From Marsupella aquatica (lineage: Eukaryota > Plantae > Marchantiophyta): a stretch of DNA of 64,000 bases. The notes under the pieces are model-generated. The model worked only from the letters and a program-made list of their open reading frames with translations, was not told where the DNA came from and searched no databases. Of the stretch, positions 35,428 to 48,900 are shown one piece after another (the first letter of the stretch is position 1; every line of letters begins with the position of its first letter). The DNA is taken from assembly GCA_973895155.1 (NCBI GenBank), contig OZ316896.1, positions 22,339,722 through 22,403,721 of the forward strand, given 5' to 3'. The position numbers and the translations under genes were made by a program.

Positions 35428-37605
35428 ATGCAGTGTTGCATTCGGTGTACATGCGTGTCGGCATGGTTCCACAGCTATGATGACCTCCAAACTGGCGCTA
35501 TTGTCCTCCTCTACTTTCAGGTAGGTCATTCATTGCTCGCACCTTGCCGCGGCAACACTTCTACTTTTTCAAGTACGCTTACTATGGCTGGTTCTGTCAT
35601 TCGGTGGGGTGCTACTTTCGAATTCAGATTCCCACTTCAGTAGTTTCAGTAGGAGAAGAAGATGGAAGAAGGCAGTAGTTCGTTCTTCGCCTGCTTCTGC
35701 TAGAATGCTCTGTATACGGAGATTGGACACTGGAGACCAAATTACGGCTCTGGTTGCAGATAATTCGCCAGGGTTGGCCTCGTAGTCGACGAATCCTTCT
35801 CCAGACAGGTGAATTTAATGCGTTTCGTTTTGCCAGTGACCTCTGCTAGAGAGTCTATGAACAACTCATGAATTCAGAAAAATTGACGCAATCCATGATG
35901 ATGATAGGTTGCTTGTTCGTTGATTGGCTCATTGGGGGCATTTTACACGGGAGTGCTGGTGGCAAATCTGGCCTTTGCTCTTTTTGGGTTGGTGGCTATA
36001 GCAAGTGGCAGCCAGACACTGGGTCGAGCCTATGCAACATTGTTAGCTTGCACGCTGCTGGTTGACATTGCGTGGTTTATCCTCTTCTCTGAAGAAATAA
36101 GGTACTCTTGCCCTCTTTCAGTCTCGTCTAAACTTAGGTTGTGGATCAAATCTGAGTTGCTTCGTTCATTCCTCTTGAAACCCAGTGGGTCACCTCCAGA
36201 TTCCTCATAAATCTGGATGGTATGTTGTCTTTACGGAATACTCATATAGAGAATTTACTTTGATCCCATACATATTTGCAATGTTTCAACGACAATAAAT
36301 GAGGAGGTCCTAACAAGTAAAAAGAAATTTGAAAGCAAAGTTATATCTCATAATAGAACACGCATGATTGGAATAGTAACTTTCAAAAATCATCAAAGGT
36401 ACTCGAACACCTGTAAAGGAAGCAATTTGATATATGTTTGGATTGAAATTCTGTCAGGAAATTTTCTAGTGGGTTGAGAGAACTCCGGCAAAATCAAGAT
36501 ACATTGGAGTAATAACATACAGAAATTTGTCACCTTTCTGCAAGACACCCTAAAACGAGTTTCGTTGAAAATATAGAGATGATATGACTGAGATACCATA
36601 TCCTGGCAGAATTTGGGTATAAAGCTAGAAGGACTCGATTTTCATCTCCGACTGAATTAAACAATGTAGTATATAATTCCAAAAAAACAAACCGTTTAGC
36701 TGGATCCAGATTATCCCTCTCCCCAGAAATCTTAAAGTACGCACGAATCCTTTTTAAGACTTATCCCTCTCTTTAAGACTGTTGCGAGGATGGTAAGTAC
36801 AGTACTAGTAATTTATAAGATATTATAGGGCTTTTTGAGGTAATCCATAGGAGCTTGAATGTACTTTGCGTCTTCACGTTGAATGCAGGCATGATCCCAG
36901 TTTTCGGGAGTTCTCTGTGTTTTCAGTTTGGATTGTTTTCTCGATGCAAGTTGCGAGCTCTGCTCTGCGGTTGCTCTCGAGCGTATTTTGGGTGCAAATG
37001 TATCGACTGGGAGCTCAGACAGACACTTCAGCCATGTACCAACCAGTGGATTTCCAGGGGAGAATTTCAACATTTGGACTGGCCAACGATAGACCTTCAC
37101 CTTCCCATGCTATATCTATGAGTGAAGAAATTTTAGGAGGGTCCATCTACAACCCAGCCACCTTTTCAAATAGCTTCCAGATCATAGAAGAGCCATATTT
37201 TGGTACCGAGGTATTTTTCCTACAATTAAGCAACTTATCCTTTCATTTCCTTGTATTTTCCGCTGGAGCTTCCCTCAAGCTTAGTTGCGCTGCTATCGTA
37301 TTCTTTGAAACTTAATAGTTTATTAGTTGTGACGAGTAAAGGCTTTTGAAGAAAAGAGTCATTTTGAGTTCAGTCAATGTCGCGGCCGTAGGTTCTTTCA
37401 TTGCATTTGCATCCTTGTTTTTAGATTTTCAGCATCTACTTCGATGTATCTTGTAATTATCTTGCCGTCTTTTCCAATCTGACACAATAGAGCTCTAAGA
37501 CATCGTACCGGCCTTCTTTCTTAGGCTTATAATGAGACTCACAAACAGACATTGAACGGACCGAACTTGAACGCTGACTCTCAGTCATCGGACTCCCTGG
37601 TGTGA
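35428..37605 (+). CDS. Conserved uncharacterised plant multi-pass membrane protein; 3' end uncertain (37605 or ~37742)
   Basis: Exon 1 35428-35520 (WFHSYDDLQTGAIVLLYFQ). Exon 2 from ~35908 (SLIGSLGAFYTGVLVANLAFALFGLVAI..QTLGRAYA..DIAWFILFS). Exon 3 to 37210 (WVQMYRLG..EEILGGSIYNP). Resembles a conserved land-plant TM family recalled from memory. Confidence 0.8.
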
Positions 37606-39437
37606 AACAGCTATCCCTCTTTGTGAATTATGGATTCTTAGTTTACTCTGTTGTAAGCTAAACAATTATATTCCTTCATTTAAGTTGGTGCTTGTTTTCT
37701 GAAGCTTTCACATTTGATGTGCAGTTGGTGCAGGAGACTTAGAGCATTCAAGGCAGCTGAGATATATAGATTTCAGGGTACTCAATTGTTGTCTACTTGT
37801 TCCAAGTAAATGGAACTACAGGTGCAATAAGGAGAGGCAGGTGGCGCGTCAGACAAGCTCCTTAATGGAGTCTTTGGTAGCCGTGGTTGACTTTGGGTGC
37901 CTGGTGCGGAGTTTGTGAGCACACTGAAGGCCTCCGACTTCTTATCACCAACACTAAGGTCTCATATTCGATTACATGCCCACTCATTTACGGCCCGCAT
38001 GGGTGTGTGTAGCGCACATGCCAGGTGGTAGCCTAAGTATATTCCCAGATTTGAGAAAGGAGTCAACGGCTGAGACTGAACTGAGATCTAGTCAGTGGCA
38101 GAATCTGCTGTAGCTTCCCAGACGTAGACAAAAGAATTGAACTGAATCAAAATGAACGAAACTGGATATGCAATCAAATTAGGCAGACACCAGTTGCCGT
38201 TCCGATTCTTATTTTCCTAGTATCGGGCACATTGAGTAGCATTGGTCGATGCTTTGGCACCATAGATGTGTTCTGATGTCAAGTTTCAAAAGGAGATCGT
38301 TAGGACTCCAGAACAACGTCTCGGGGAATCTGTACCGATAGCTTCATAGGATCAGTGGCAGAACCCTGGCATGTGGTGTAGTATATTTCATTGGAGTGAA
38401 GTAAGAGTGATGAATCCTCCAGGTTACCTGAGCTGCTCTTGACTTTGGGGACCTCGCACAATTTCCACGTGAGAAGTCATCCGGATCAGTAGTCATTGCA
38501 GTCATCACTTCCAATATTCTGGTCTGTGATGTTTACCTTGTTTTAGTCCCCGAATACTTATCCATCAACATGTTCATCGACATCTTCACGTAATGCAACA
38601 GTCAATTTGACCATTCTTGTCTTGTAATATACAGGACACAGATCTTCAGGTTTGTTACCTAATTCACGCGTTGGATGGGGAAGGTTTTAATTTTACTCCA
38701 GTGGCTGCTTGTAGTACTGTGCTGCATTATGTAATAAACCCACCATAATGACTTCATCCACTCTTGGCCTGTCAGATCCTGCCACATCAATATTTAATTT
38801 TCTCTATTGGCTGCCGCAATTCCAGCAATGCACTAATCAAGCGTATGAAATTTCATGTGACCTCTGGTATAAATAGCACTCAAAACGAGCGCGTAGGTCA
38901 CAGCCTTGCAGTAGAAGATTTTTAGCCTTGATGAATCCTTTCTGTACTGGAAACAATTTTAAATTCCTCGAGGGGAAAAACCACAACTGTACGTTTGTGT
39001 GAATGTTATCACCTCTCCTTTACTTGAGGTCAAGAAAATTTGTTCGGAGAATATCCAAGTTTCACTTGTCGAGTTCGGAAGGATTAGACCGAAAGTATGT
39101 AATTGTTATGGCTAAATATGATAAGCGACGTGGATGACTCACTGTCGACACACCTAGTGGTACAGGTACACATCGAGAAGAACTTGTGAGACTATTATAA
39201 TTGAAGGAAAGGAATTGTTTCAGGTGAATGTTAAATACACCGCAGGTTTTACTACATCCACACCAAACACCAGCCGTCTATCCTAAGATCTCGCTCAAAA
39301 TATCATTCACAAGTTCAAATTGATCTACCCAGAACCACCCTCCGAAGGGCAGTTACAACGTTAGGGCAGTATATTGCTATCAAGACTACAACACAAGACT
39401 AATGGGACCATCCAAGCTAAATTGCTCCAAGAATCCC

Positions 39438-42400
39438 TCATCGCAAATAAGACCCAGCAATGAAGAGTAGAACTGATGTAGTAATGGTCACAAACAGTTC
39501 CTGTAACAACGTATTGCCAAACAAGTTGAAAACGAAAACGTTAGCATTGGTGAAACATTTTAAACAAAAGGTCAAGATGCTGGCATCCGGGCTTATTAGA
39601 AGAATTTGGCTTGCCTGGCTATTGATGACTGCCCGTGGAATGTAGAGTCCAAGAAGCTCATATCCGTTCAATATCCCAGTAAAAGCCTGCAAGTTTCAGC
39701 AATTGTAATCTACGAATTAGGCCAGGCCTTCAAATTTGTTTCCATGTCTTCAGTCCTCTGTAGAAGTACAAGAAGAGGAAGCTGGATCCAACAATACAAA
39801 AGCGTTTTACATCAATGATATCCAACGATAGGTAGTTATATCCTACTGTGGTGAGTTGTCAATCGCAGCCAACAGACAATTCAACCTAGATCTGATAGGC
39901 TCCCATGACCAGGTTGTAGTCCATCACGGCTACTGCACTTCCTCATTCGACAACTTACAGTAAGCAATCACTCAAATACTACTCGATGTGCTAGCGAATG
40001 ACAGCAGGCTTTGTTTCCCATCCAAACATGTTGCTGAACCTATGCATAACCAAACAATGGGAATGTGTTCAAATTAGACCTCCAGCCTTAACTCACAGTT
40101 TCCCATTCTCCCACCTCACACAGCCACGGGACAGTTTCTTCGACAGAAGTAAGAAGATTGAAATGCATACCACGGAAGCAATTGCCACACATCCGAAGAC
40201 AAAAGAAAGAGTTCGCAGGAGTCGCTTTCCCGTTTTCTGTCTCCTCGTCGTATTTTGCTCTTCGTCGTCCTACAGCCAAAAGACTAGTCTCAATCACTTT
40301 ACAGAAAATGGCTACGACCAAACGTTTCAAAAGATTCATGCTAAAATTAGAATAAAATGTCCTTCAAATGACTTCAATAACATTAACATTCGCATTATAA
40401 GACAACAAAGGTTCAACATATCTAATATCCCATATCCTCCAGAATCAAAATTGGTCTTTTCCAAGCTGATAAACACGGACGAAGCGGCTTGCCAAAAGAT
40501 GTTTACCTCAGCGAAGGAACTTGGAGAACTAGAAGGGGTGTCAAAATTTGCAAGTTTCATGAAAATTCGCCATACATATCCAAAGAGCAAAAACTGCAAT
40601 GGCTTCCACTCTGCTTGTTGTGATACATACATCCAAACAGCCTGACATCACCAAAAAAATTGAACAATTTAGCCTGAACGTCTTCAGGTCAGATTTGATC
40701 AAATCTTTGAGAATGTGGTAGTGTATTATAAGCTCCGGGATCATAAAGTCAAGGGAGCTGCAACTACATGAGATTCCATATCCAAAACCCTTACCAGTGA
40801 ACCCTTACGTGTTCGTATATTTTAGGGAAATAATTCGAAAGAAAGGGATTCCAGTTCAGTCCTAGCCACGAGCATGAGTTCATAAGGTCTGCTAGGATGG
40901 CGGCGTTCCCCAGTAAAAGTAAACGAACATAACAAGAAGACAAAAAAGTTGCACAATCATATTAATTTTCGGACGAAGCCAGAAAATTTAGCAAAAGCAT
41001 AACACGTTAACTCTTCAACAGACTTCCTACAGATACTCACAATTGCTGTAGAGCAAACAAAGTTGATCAGGATGTCATTTCTGGAGGAAACTGCAGACCT
41101 GCAACCACAAAGCACATAAAGATCATCTCGTTATTGTACCTTGTTGTTAAAAGTTGACCTGTGTTTCAAAAGCCAGGAATCAAAATTTGACCAGTAAGAC
41201 CGATAATGAGAAATTATGAAGGTCTTCCCAACATAAAGTTGAAGATAGATGGATGTTTTATTTCGGGTTTCTTTCTAAGCTTTTGAGATGGAGGGAACGG
41301 GGTTGACGTCACTCGGCCATAGAACAATCACTAGAGACCCTGGTTGCTTAAAACCTTCGTATACAGAGGCCCTTGGACTTCCAGAGTAAAATCCACCAAC
41401 AAGTATCCAAAGCAGTTGTACAGCGATGCTGATGGGAGAGCAGACATACTTTGGGCCCCATGGAAACCAAGCTCGCTTATCGGCATATTTGATCTCCTTT
41501 GAAACCTGATTTACCAAAGTGAAAGACACGAGATCCATGTCACTAAACAAAACAGGTCATGTAACTTTATGGATTTAACATCCATAGAAATGGCACTGAC
41601 AACTTACTAGGACTTCCCAGCAAAGATCAGGTTCTGGGCAGCAAATACAGGAGACTAAGCAGACGGCAGCTAACCTCCCGCCTGATTTCTACTCACTTAC
41701 CGACCGACTATTGATGTAGCCTTCGATAAGATGCATTCAAACCATGAAAGCTAGGAATGCACACGACAGGACCAAATCAGAAACGAATACTCAAAAGGTA
41801 GTTTGTGCGGCAGACCTCTTGCAGACTATAGAAGTATAGAGGTTACCTCAAAGTCCCCAACAGTTCGTCCCTGTTTTCGGTTTCGTAGTTGTGCCATCAA
41901 GAGTTGATCGTAAGCTCCTTCTAACTGAGAAACGAGAAACGAGATACGAGATACTTTCTTGAAGTTCCACTCTTAACAATGTATGCCAGAAACCGGACTC
42001 AGACAATAAAACAGAAGTCGCAAGTTTTTGTTTATAGCAAAGGGCATCCACAAACAAAGCGTGCTGAATATTTTGAAATGGGAGGGCTCGCAATGCACCT
42101 ACTCGGGCCATGGCAGCCTCGTCACCTCTTCTCTCAGCATCTCTATGCTTCCTAGTGTAAGCCGCCTTTATATTGTCAAACTTCTCAAAAGGAGTAACAC
42201 CGAGCACCTGCATCAACGGCAGATTTCCACATTTTTACCTCCACTTCGATCAGTTCACTCATACAGGTGATTCTCTGACTAAGAGATTGTTGAAGCGTCT
42301 AAAGTCCCTCGGAGTGATAGCCAGTCAGGTGCATCACGCACATAAATGTGTAAAATTGAGGCAAACTCAACAGGAAAACTCTCAGACAGAGAAGCACCTT

Positions 42401-43343
42401 TGCTCCCGTCTCCGCTGAGTGACGTTGTCAATTACCTGATAAGGGCTCTCGTCGGACCCTGCTGGTGGGTTACTTGCAGCACCGCCAGCTGCACTACAAG
42501 TTATCGTCAAAGGCCTGCATTGAACTTGACCACACCTGCGCCAAACGAAAGAAACGGAAACGCTCGTTTATAAAGCTCATTGTCCGGCGTACAGGATCAA
42601 AGCCTTGACCGTACTTGAAGGGCAAATTGTTCAACAAAATGGTGATACTTGTCCCTTGCCCAGAATGCCTCTTTGCAGAGACACTACTTCGGCATCGGAC
42701 CTGTTTCATGAAATCTTTCTTGGTGTCCATCAATGTAGCCTGAGGCACCATATTATACCTTTGCATCGTGGAGTTTGTTTTCTAGAATCAGCCTCTTTGG
42801 TCCTCGTTGTGGACTATTTTGAGACCATCTCAAGTGTTCTGTTTCCATCCTTTATTTAATAATCAGTGCTGTGCATTTCTAGCCGTGTTGCGATTCCACT
42901 TTAGCAAAGGATGGGAATTAGTAATAATGTGCAGAGCAGATCACAGTCAACCTACCAGCATTCGACCTTCAAGGAAATGTCTCAAGCATCAAACCGAAGA
43001 AGCCTTCCTGATTCTTTCATCACTTTCATCACGGAACAGAGACCCATTCACAGATCAGAAATTCCCCAAAAATAAATCCTGCATAGGTCAGACTCTAGGG
43101 TTTGGGGTTTAGTGAGCATAATGGAATAGAGCGGTACCTCAAAGTCCTCGTGGCATGCAGGTGGGGGAAACCGCTGCGCGCTTGAATCTGCAAGGGGGAT
43201 GTTGTCGCCAACCCACAGGCTCGAGTATACGAAGTCAAGAGCTGGTTGTGATGGTGGTGACCGACAACTGGTCCTGATTGAATACGCACCATTTCTGAGT
43301 GCGCTGAAATTCTGGATGCAGCAGCAGCTATCGAGGCGGCCAT
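39438..43343 (-). CDS. CJD1: Chloroplast J-like domain protein (CJD1; CPP1/DUF3353 family), about 10 exons
   Basis: Transit-peptide-like exon 1. DESPYQ|VLGVTPFEKFDNIKAAY..AERRGDEA, LEGAYDQLLMAQLRNRKQG, VSKEIKYADK..PWGP, AEWKPLQFL, GKRLLRTL, ELFVT..GSYLR*. Confidence 0.85.
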
Positions 43344-45403
43344 GGCCCAATTAGAAAGTAAATGAAGCCAAATCTCTCCCCCTCTCCTGCCTAATTGACT
43401 ATCACAACAATTGTGGACAAAGGTGGCAAAGAATTGTCACACATTTCTCAGGCTCTGATGAGGCCTGACATGGCCTTCCTCACCACCCCCATCATTCTTA
43501 CAGAAAAATGGAGACGAGGAAAGGATTTGAGAGTGAAGAGGAGAGGAAATGGAGACGAGGGGAATGTGAGAGCTACGAGAGCGCAAAATTGGTGAGGTCT
43601 GAGGAGAATTCAGGACAGACCTTCATAATCTACGAGAGAAAGAAACTATTTTTTGGCAGAAGAGAAGAGAAGAGAAGAGAAGAGAAGAGAGATTCCACAA
43701 TAAGAGGATTTGGATAAATCTCTACCTGACGGTTCATGGGCACTGGTGGACAGATAGATTGACGTAATCGACGGTTGCATGAGATACAGAATGATGACTC
43801 TTAGAGATTTCAACCTGGGCCGTTGATTGTCCTGATTGAAATCTACAAAGCATTGTTTTTTAGAAGTGTTAAATACACCCCTCTAAGTGTACTCAACCCA
43901 AATCATTAAATCACCCCACTTTGATTGTGTGTCAGCTTCTTGCAAGTCAAAGTCGATGAACCTGCTCACTCAATGGCTGGGCTTGTTTTGATGTGTGTTA
44001 AGTAAAACTATGGGGTGGACTTAACACTAGCCCAAAATACCCTTGCGTATGCACGCAAAGGGCAACGCTAGGCCTAATACCCTTGCATATGCACAAGAAG
44101 GGCACCTTGTACTCAGACTCTCAATGTCCATCCCTACTCAAAGACACAATCTAAACATCAAAAAATTGTTGTCATGTCAATCAAAGCCTATTGCTTCACT
44201 CTATGGAGTAGGTCGCACGCGCATGGTAGAAGTCCATTGCAAATTACTATATAGATTCCCCATTTTATGTCACTAAGACAATCCAATGTGTGGAAGATCA
44301 AATTTACAGCATCTCAAACCAGAGTCTCCCTGTGGAGTTACCTGATTTGAGTATACTCAGGTTGTGGGGAGAGTCTATGGGTCTAAACTTAGGTGGGGGG
44401 CTAGGCTTTGATCCATCCAGTGGGGCACGACTTATGGGTTTTGACCAGCTCAAAGTTCCCCTCCTTTTCCATTCTTGACCTTGATGGAAGGCATATTGAC
44501 ACAATGTAAGCTCACAATTCCTCCGGGTGTGCGTTCCATCTCAAAGGTGTCTCCCATTTCCCGTTCAAATCACAAACAAGTACAGTTAGTCATGCAGAAA
44601 GAACCAAATGTGACTAGTTGTGTTTTTGGCAAGGCAAAGAAAAAGAGTTAGACCCCATAATTAATAAGAACACAATGGAAACCTGAAAAGTAGCACTTCA
44701 AATAAACAAAGAAAGGGGTATAAAAAATAACCTTGGATGGGTTGAGATGACAGGATGCAAAAGTCCATAATTTGAACACATTTGTATGTTTAGTAGCCTG
44801 AATGTCCAAGCTTTGCTCATAAATAGAGGTGAATACCAATGTGCCCCTCACAATCTAGATGATTCACTCTAGACCATGCTATATTAAGATAGATTGAGAT
44901 TTTGTCCAGGTTATAAAAATCTTGGTTGTGAAGGATGCAGGAACAGTATTCAAAAGACACCATGCATCCTTCTTTTTCCAAGAAACAAACACAATAGTTT
45001 TCATTAATTTGGGGGAATATATTGAAACAATGGGGTGTGTTTAATATTTTCTTACAAATTCACCATGGTGGAAAATTGGAAATCACACTTCCCATAGGGA
45101 AAATGTTTGACAAAATATATGGACAGATAGCCAAAACTGGCAACATTCAGGTGTACCATCTTGAAATGCTATTTTTACTCACCGTTTTTAAGTCTGCATT
45201 AGTTCTTTTGTTTCTTTGTTTCCTAGCCTTTTTTGGCCCTTTGGTTGTCCCCCCTTGATTGTGTCTTTCGCCTTAGGGATCATGTCTCCGGGTTGGGCGC
45301 CCTTTTTGCCCTTTGTTTGGATCATGTGTCGGGGTTGGGTGCACTTTGTTTTTGGCCCTTTGTTTTGGCAGTTTGAAATGCAATTTGAAATATATTGCTC
45401 GTA

Positions 45404-45623
45404 TGAATGCTTAGTCCAAGTCTAAAAAAATGTTTGGTCCATGGACCATGGGAGCCCTGAACCTTGAGGCTTAAACCCTAAGCCCTAAACTGAATGCTTA
45501 GTCCAAGTCTAAAAAAATGTTTGGTCCATGGACCATGGGAGCCCTTTGATCAGACATGTGGTCCATCCAAGCACGAACGTCAAGACAGCTGAACCTTGAG
45601 GCTTAAACCCTAAGCCCTAAACT
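45404..45623 (+). promoter_or_regulatory. Locally duplicated promoter segment with two telo-boxes (AAACCCTAA) upstream of RRP5
   Basis: A-B-A-x-B arrangement; AAACCCTAA at 45473-45481 and 45605-45613. Confidence 0.6.
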
Positions 45624-45976
45624 GCGCACCAGAGTAATAATGAAGGCCGAGAAACCTTTCAGCACTCGTGGATTTCTCCGTGTGTGTAGACGAAGACGAA
45701 CGGGAAGACGTCCAGAGAGAAAGACATTCACGATGTCGAACTTCTTGTCTTGAATGTGTAGTTCGGAAGACTGTTCTAAAATTCAATATTGTGTTGATGG
45801 ATTTCACAGGAGGTGGAGTTTTCCCATGTTTGTCTTAAGAATGATGTGAGATTCAGCATTGTTCTGAAGGATCTGACCTTGCTGAGAAGAGCAAGCGCTT
45901 TCAAACATCTCTGGTACATATTTCATTTGCAAAGCTCTTGTACATTCGTGACGACGGAGGTGAGGTACTGCGTGCG

Positions 45977-48900
45977 ATGGCGGTGAAAAGGAGAAAGGAC
46001 GAGGAGCTGCCTCCTGCCGGACAGGAAAGAGCTGCAAAGAAGGCTCACGTCAAAAGTAGGGCTCCGGCAGAGGCGGCCAGTGAGAATCCCCGCAAGAAAG
46101 CCACTCATACAAGTGCCGCAGACGACGGAGACGAACCTGACTTTCCCCGAGGTGAGTTGCTCGGTTTTGAAATTGTATATGAACACCTTTTGCTGTTTAT
46201 CATTTGTCATAGTCCTTCTGAGATTGGAAATTGGACGTCACAGGACTGAGACGCTCTAGAGAAGGAGAGGTACACAGACGCTATACTGCTGACTCCCGCC
46301 CTCTCCTGCACCTGGAATTGAACAAATTGGTCGTGATAATTTCTATTTTTGCCTGAAATGAGGAAACCAATTCTACTGTAATGTCCGCCATTTGTTTGAG
46401 GATTTTGTACGATGAGTGTTCACCAGCTAGTCGATCCGGACCGTGTCTGTTGTTAATTCAGGTGGTGCAAGTGCATTGACCCCAGCGGAAATCAGGGAGG
46501 CCCGTTTACAGGCCGAGACTGAATTTCAGCAGGAAATTACTAAGAAGCCAAAGAAAGGGAAAAAGGGCCCACAAAAATCCAATGCAGCTGGATCAACAGG
46601 GGTGGATGAACCCCTTTTTGGGGTCGATGGAATCGCAGGGAAGCTCCCCACTTCTGCAGAGATTCTTCGATACAAGGTGTGTTCTAAGATGTGGTGTAGA
46701 GCAGTCTGGTCTTGACCTGATTACGTCTGCCCGGCAAATGCCTTTGATGTGTCACTCTCACTCATTTGCGGAGAATTGACATGGTTGACTCATTAGTGTT
46801 CTCGTCAAGTGCCTCATAAACCTTAAACATCGCAGTCATATTAAGTGCGGACTCAGACGACGTGGAGAAACTATGATTTTTACTTATGTGAAATCTAATA
46901 AGCAACGTGCTGGTTATGCAGAATCTTAGCGTCGGCTGGAAGATTTGGGGGGCAGTTGCTGAAGTGAATCACAGGGACCTTGTTGTTAGTCTTCCAGGCG
47001 GTTTACGTGGATTTGTCCGAATTGAAGAGGCATCCGACATTTTGTCTGATATCTTGAAAGAAAATGGTAATTCAAAGAAGGTGACGGGGAAGAAGCCGAA
47101 ACGGAAAGAGAAGGAAGATTCAGTGAAAGCGACCGAGAACGAAGTAAGATAACGGGTTCGAAATATTGAGATTCTGTTACTGATTTAATTGTTCGGCGTC
47201 ATTATAAGAATCTCTCAAAGCAGACGTTAAACTTTCCACACGAATGCCCTTCTGAATGACCTCTTCGACTTCGTTGGCAGGATGACGAGGACGATTCTTC
47301 AGATGAAAGTGGTGGGGTATCTCTGAAGGACTACTTTTCAGTAGGACAGTTGGTGACTTGTAGGATAAATACTCTTGAAAAGCGAAGAGCAAAAGGAGGC
47401 AAGTTGAAAGATAGCAAGCGCATAGGACTATCTCTTCGATTGAGTTACCTTCATGAGGGTCTCACTATCGATGTCCTTCACGAGGGCCTGGTAATCATTA
47501 CTTTTTATCGTTCCCTGCCCATATCCTCTTTCTGAGGATTTGATAGCATGGTCTTGACAATCATTGCATCTTCTCTATATCCGTTTACTGATTACTAGAG
47601 AAGTGTTGTAAGGAGAACTCAAGGGGGTGATGAACTTTCGAATATCTACTCAGGACAGGACTAAGGCCATATCCCAAATATTTTCAAATTCATAACGAAT
47701 TTTCTGACTTATTTCCAGTAGGATTTAAGGTTTGACCAATCCCTGATGTCTTCCGGGCCATAACATTTGGATTCACGAATGGATATGATGTAGCTTGGGG
47801 CACTGTGACAAGATGCATTGTAATTTGTTTGCCTAATGGTGATGATAGGAGTTACGGCTTCTGTACTTCCCATGTTCAAGAGCTGGACTGTCTCACACGT
47901 CGTCTAATTGTTGTCCAACATTTCACAGCCAATCACAGCTTGCGTCAGCAGTGTTGAAGACCATGGTTATCTTCTGACGTTTGGGGTCCCTGGCATCTCT
48001 GGCTTTCTTCTACATCAGAACCGTAAGAATCCATTACTCAATTGGTAGTCGCAATTGCTATCCTTTGCAGCCTGTTGGCGAGATGATGCGGAAAAGCTCT
48101 GGGTATGTCTTGTCAAGTCTCAACTCTTGCTGACAAACTTTACTTGAGTTGTGAAGACGAGGAGAAATGCAAACTGAAAAGAGGACAGCTTATTCAAGGA
48201 GTTGTACTCTCTGTTGATAAGAAGCGGGGAACAGTGTCACTGAAAGGGGGCCAAAACGTTGTGGTCGGAAGCATGGTATTGAATCTTCATTTCTCAAGTT
48301 GATCAAGAGACATTGTCGTCCTGCCTGCTTCGCACTCTTTCCTTCTAATCTGGTCTTGGTGTTGGCTGAACGTTGATTACTTTGCACTGTGTGTAGATAC
48401 GAGAGCAACAAGGCCTTACAATGGAGCTTCTACTGCCAGGCTCATCAGTCAATGCACATGTTCGTGCGGTTCTCCGAAATGGTCTTCTGCTGTCTTTCCT
48501 GACATACTTCACTGGAACTGTAAGATCTTGTGCTCGTCAACAGACTGAATGGCTCGCTAGTGACTGATGGCCACGGTTTTTCTTATAGTGTGTGTGGGAT
48601 TCTGTTGTTTTCCCTTGCTCTCTTCTGTGCTTTTGTTTGAATCCTAGAAGAGTCCATCCTTTGTGGTGTCGCTGTTGTGGCCAAGAGGTGATATGCTGAT
48701 TTCTCCTCGATGATTTGAATCAGGTCGACATGTTTCATTTGGATAGTGCTCTGCTTGGATCAAAGTGGAGTGACAAGTACACAGCAAACCAACGAGTAAG
48801 GCTTTACTGCTCCAGCGACAAATGCTGACATGCTGTTCCTACATTAAGGTGGCTGATATCCCAATGTGAGATGTTAACTGTTGAACGTGATTGATCTAAA

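Noticed and set aside
39998-40645. 215-aa plus-strand ORF
   Set aside because: Lies antisense across CJD1 exons and introns; no motifs
43800-45400. AT-rich, CpG-poor intergenic DNA, possibly an old TE
   Set aside because: No termini or protein motifs could be identified
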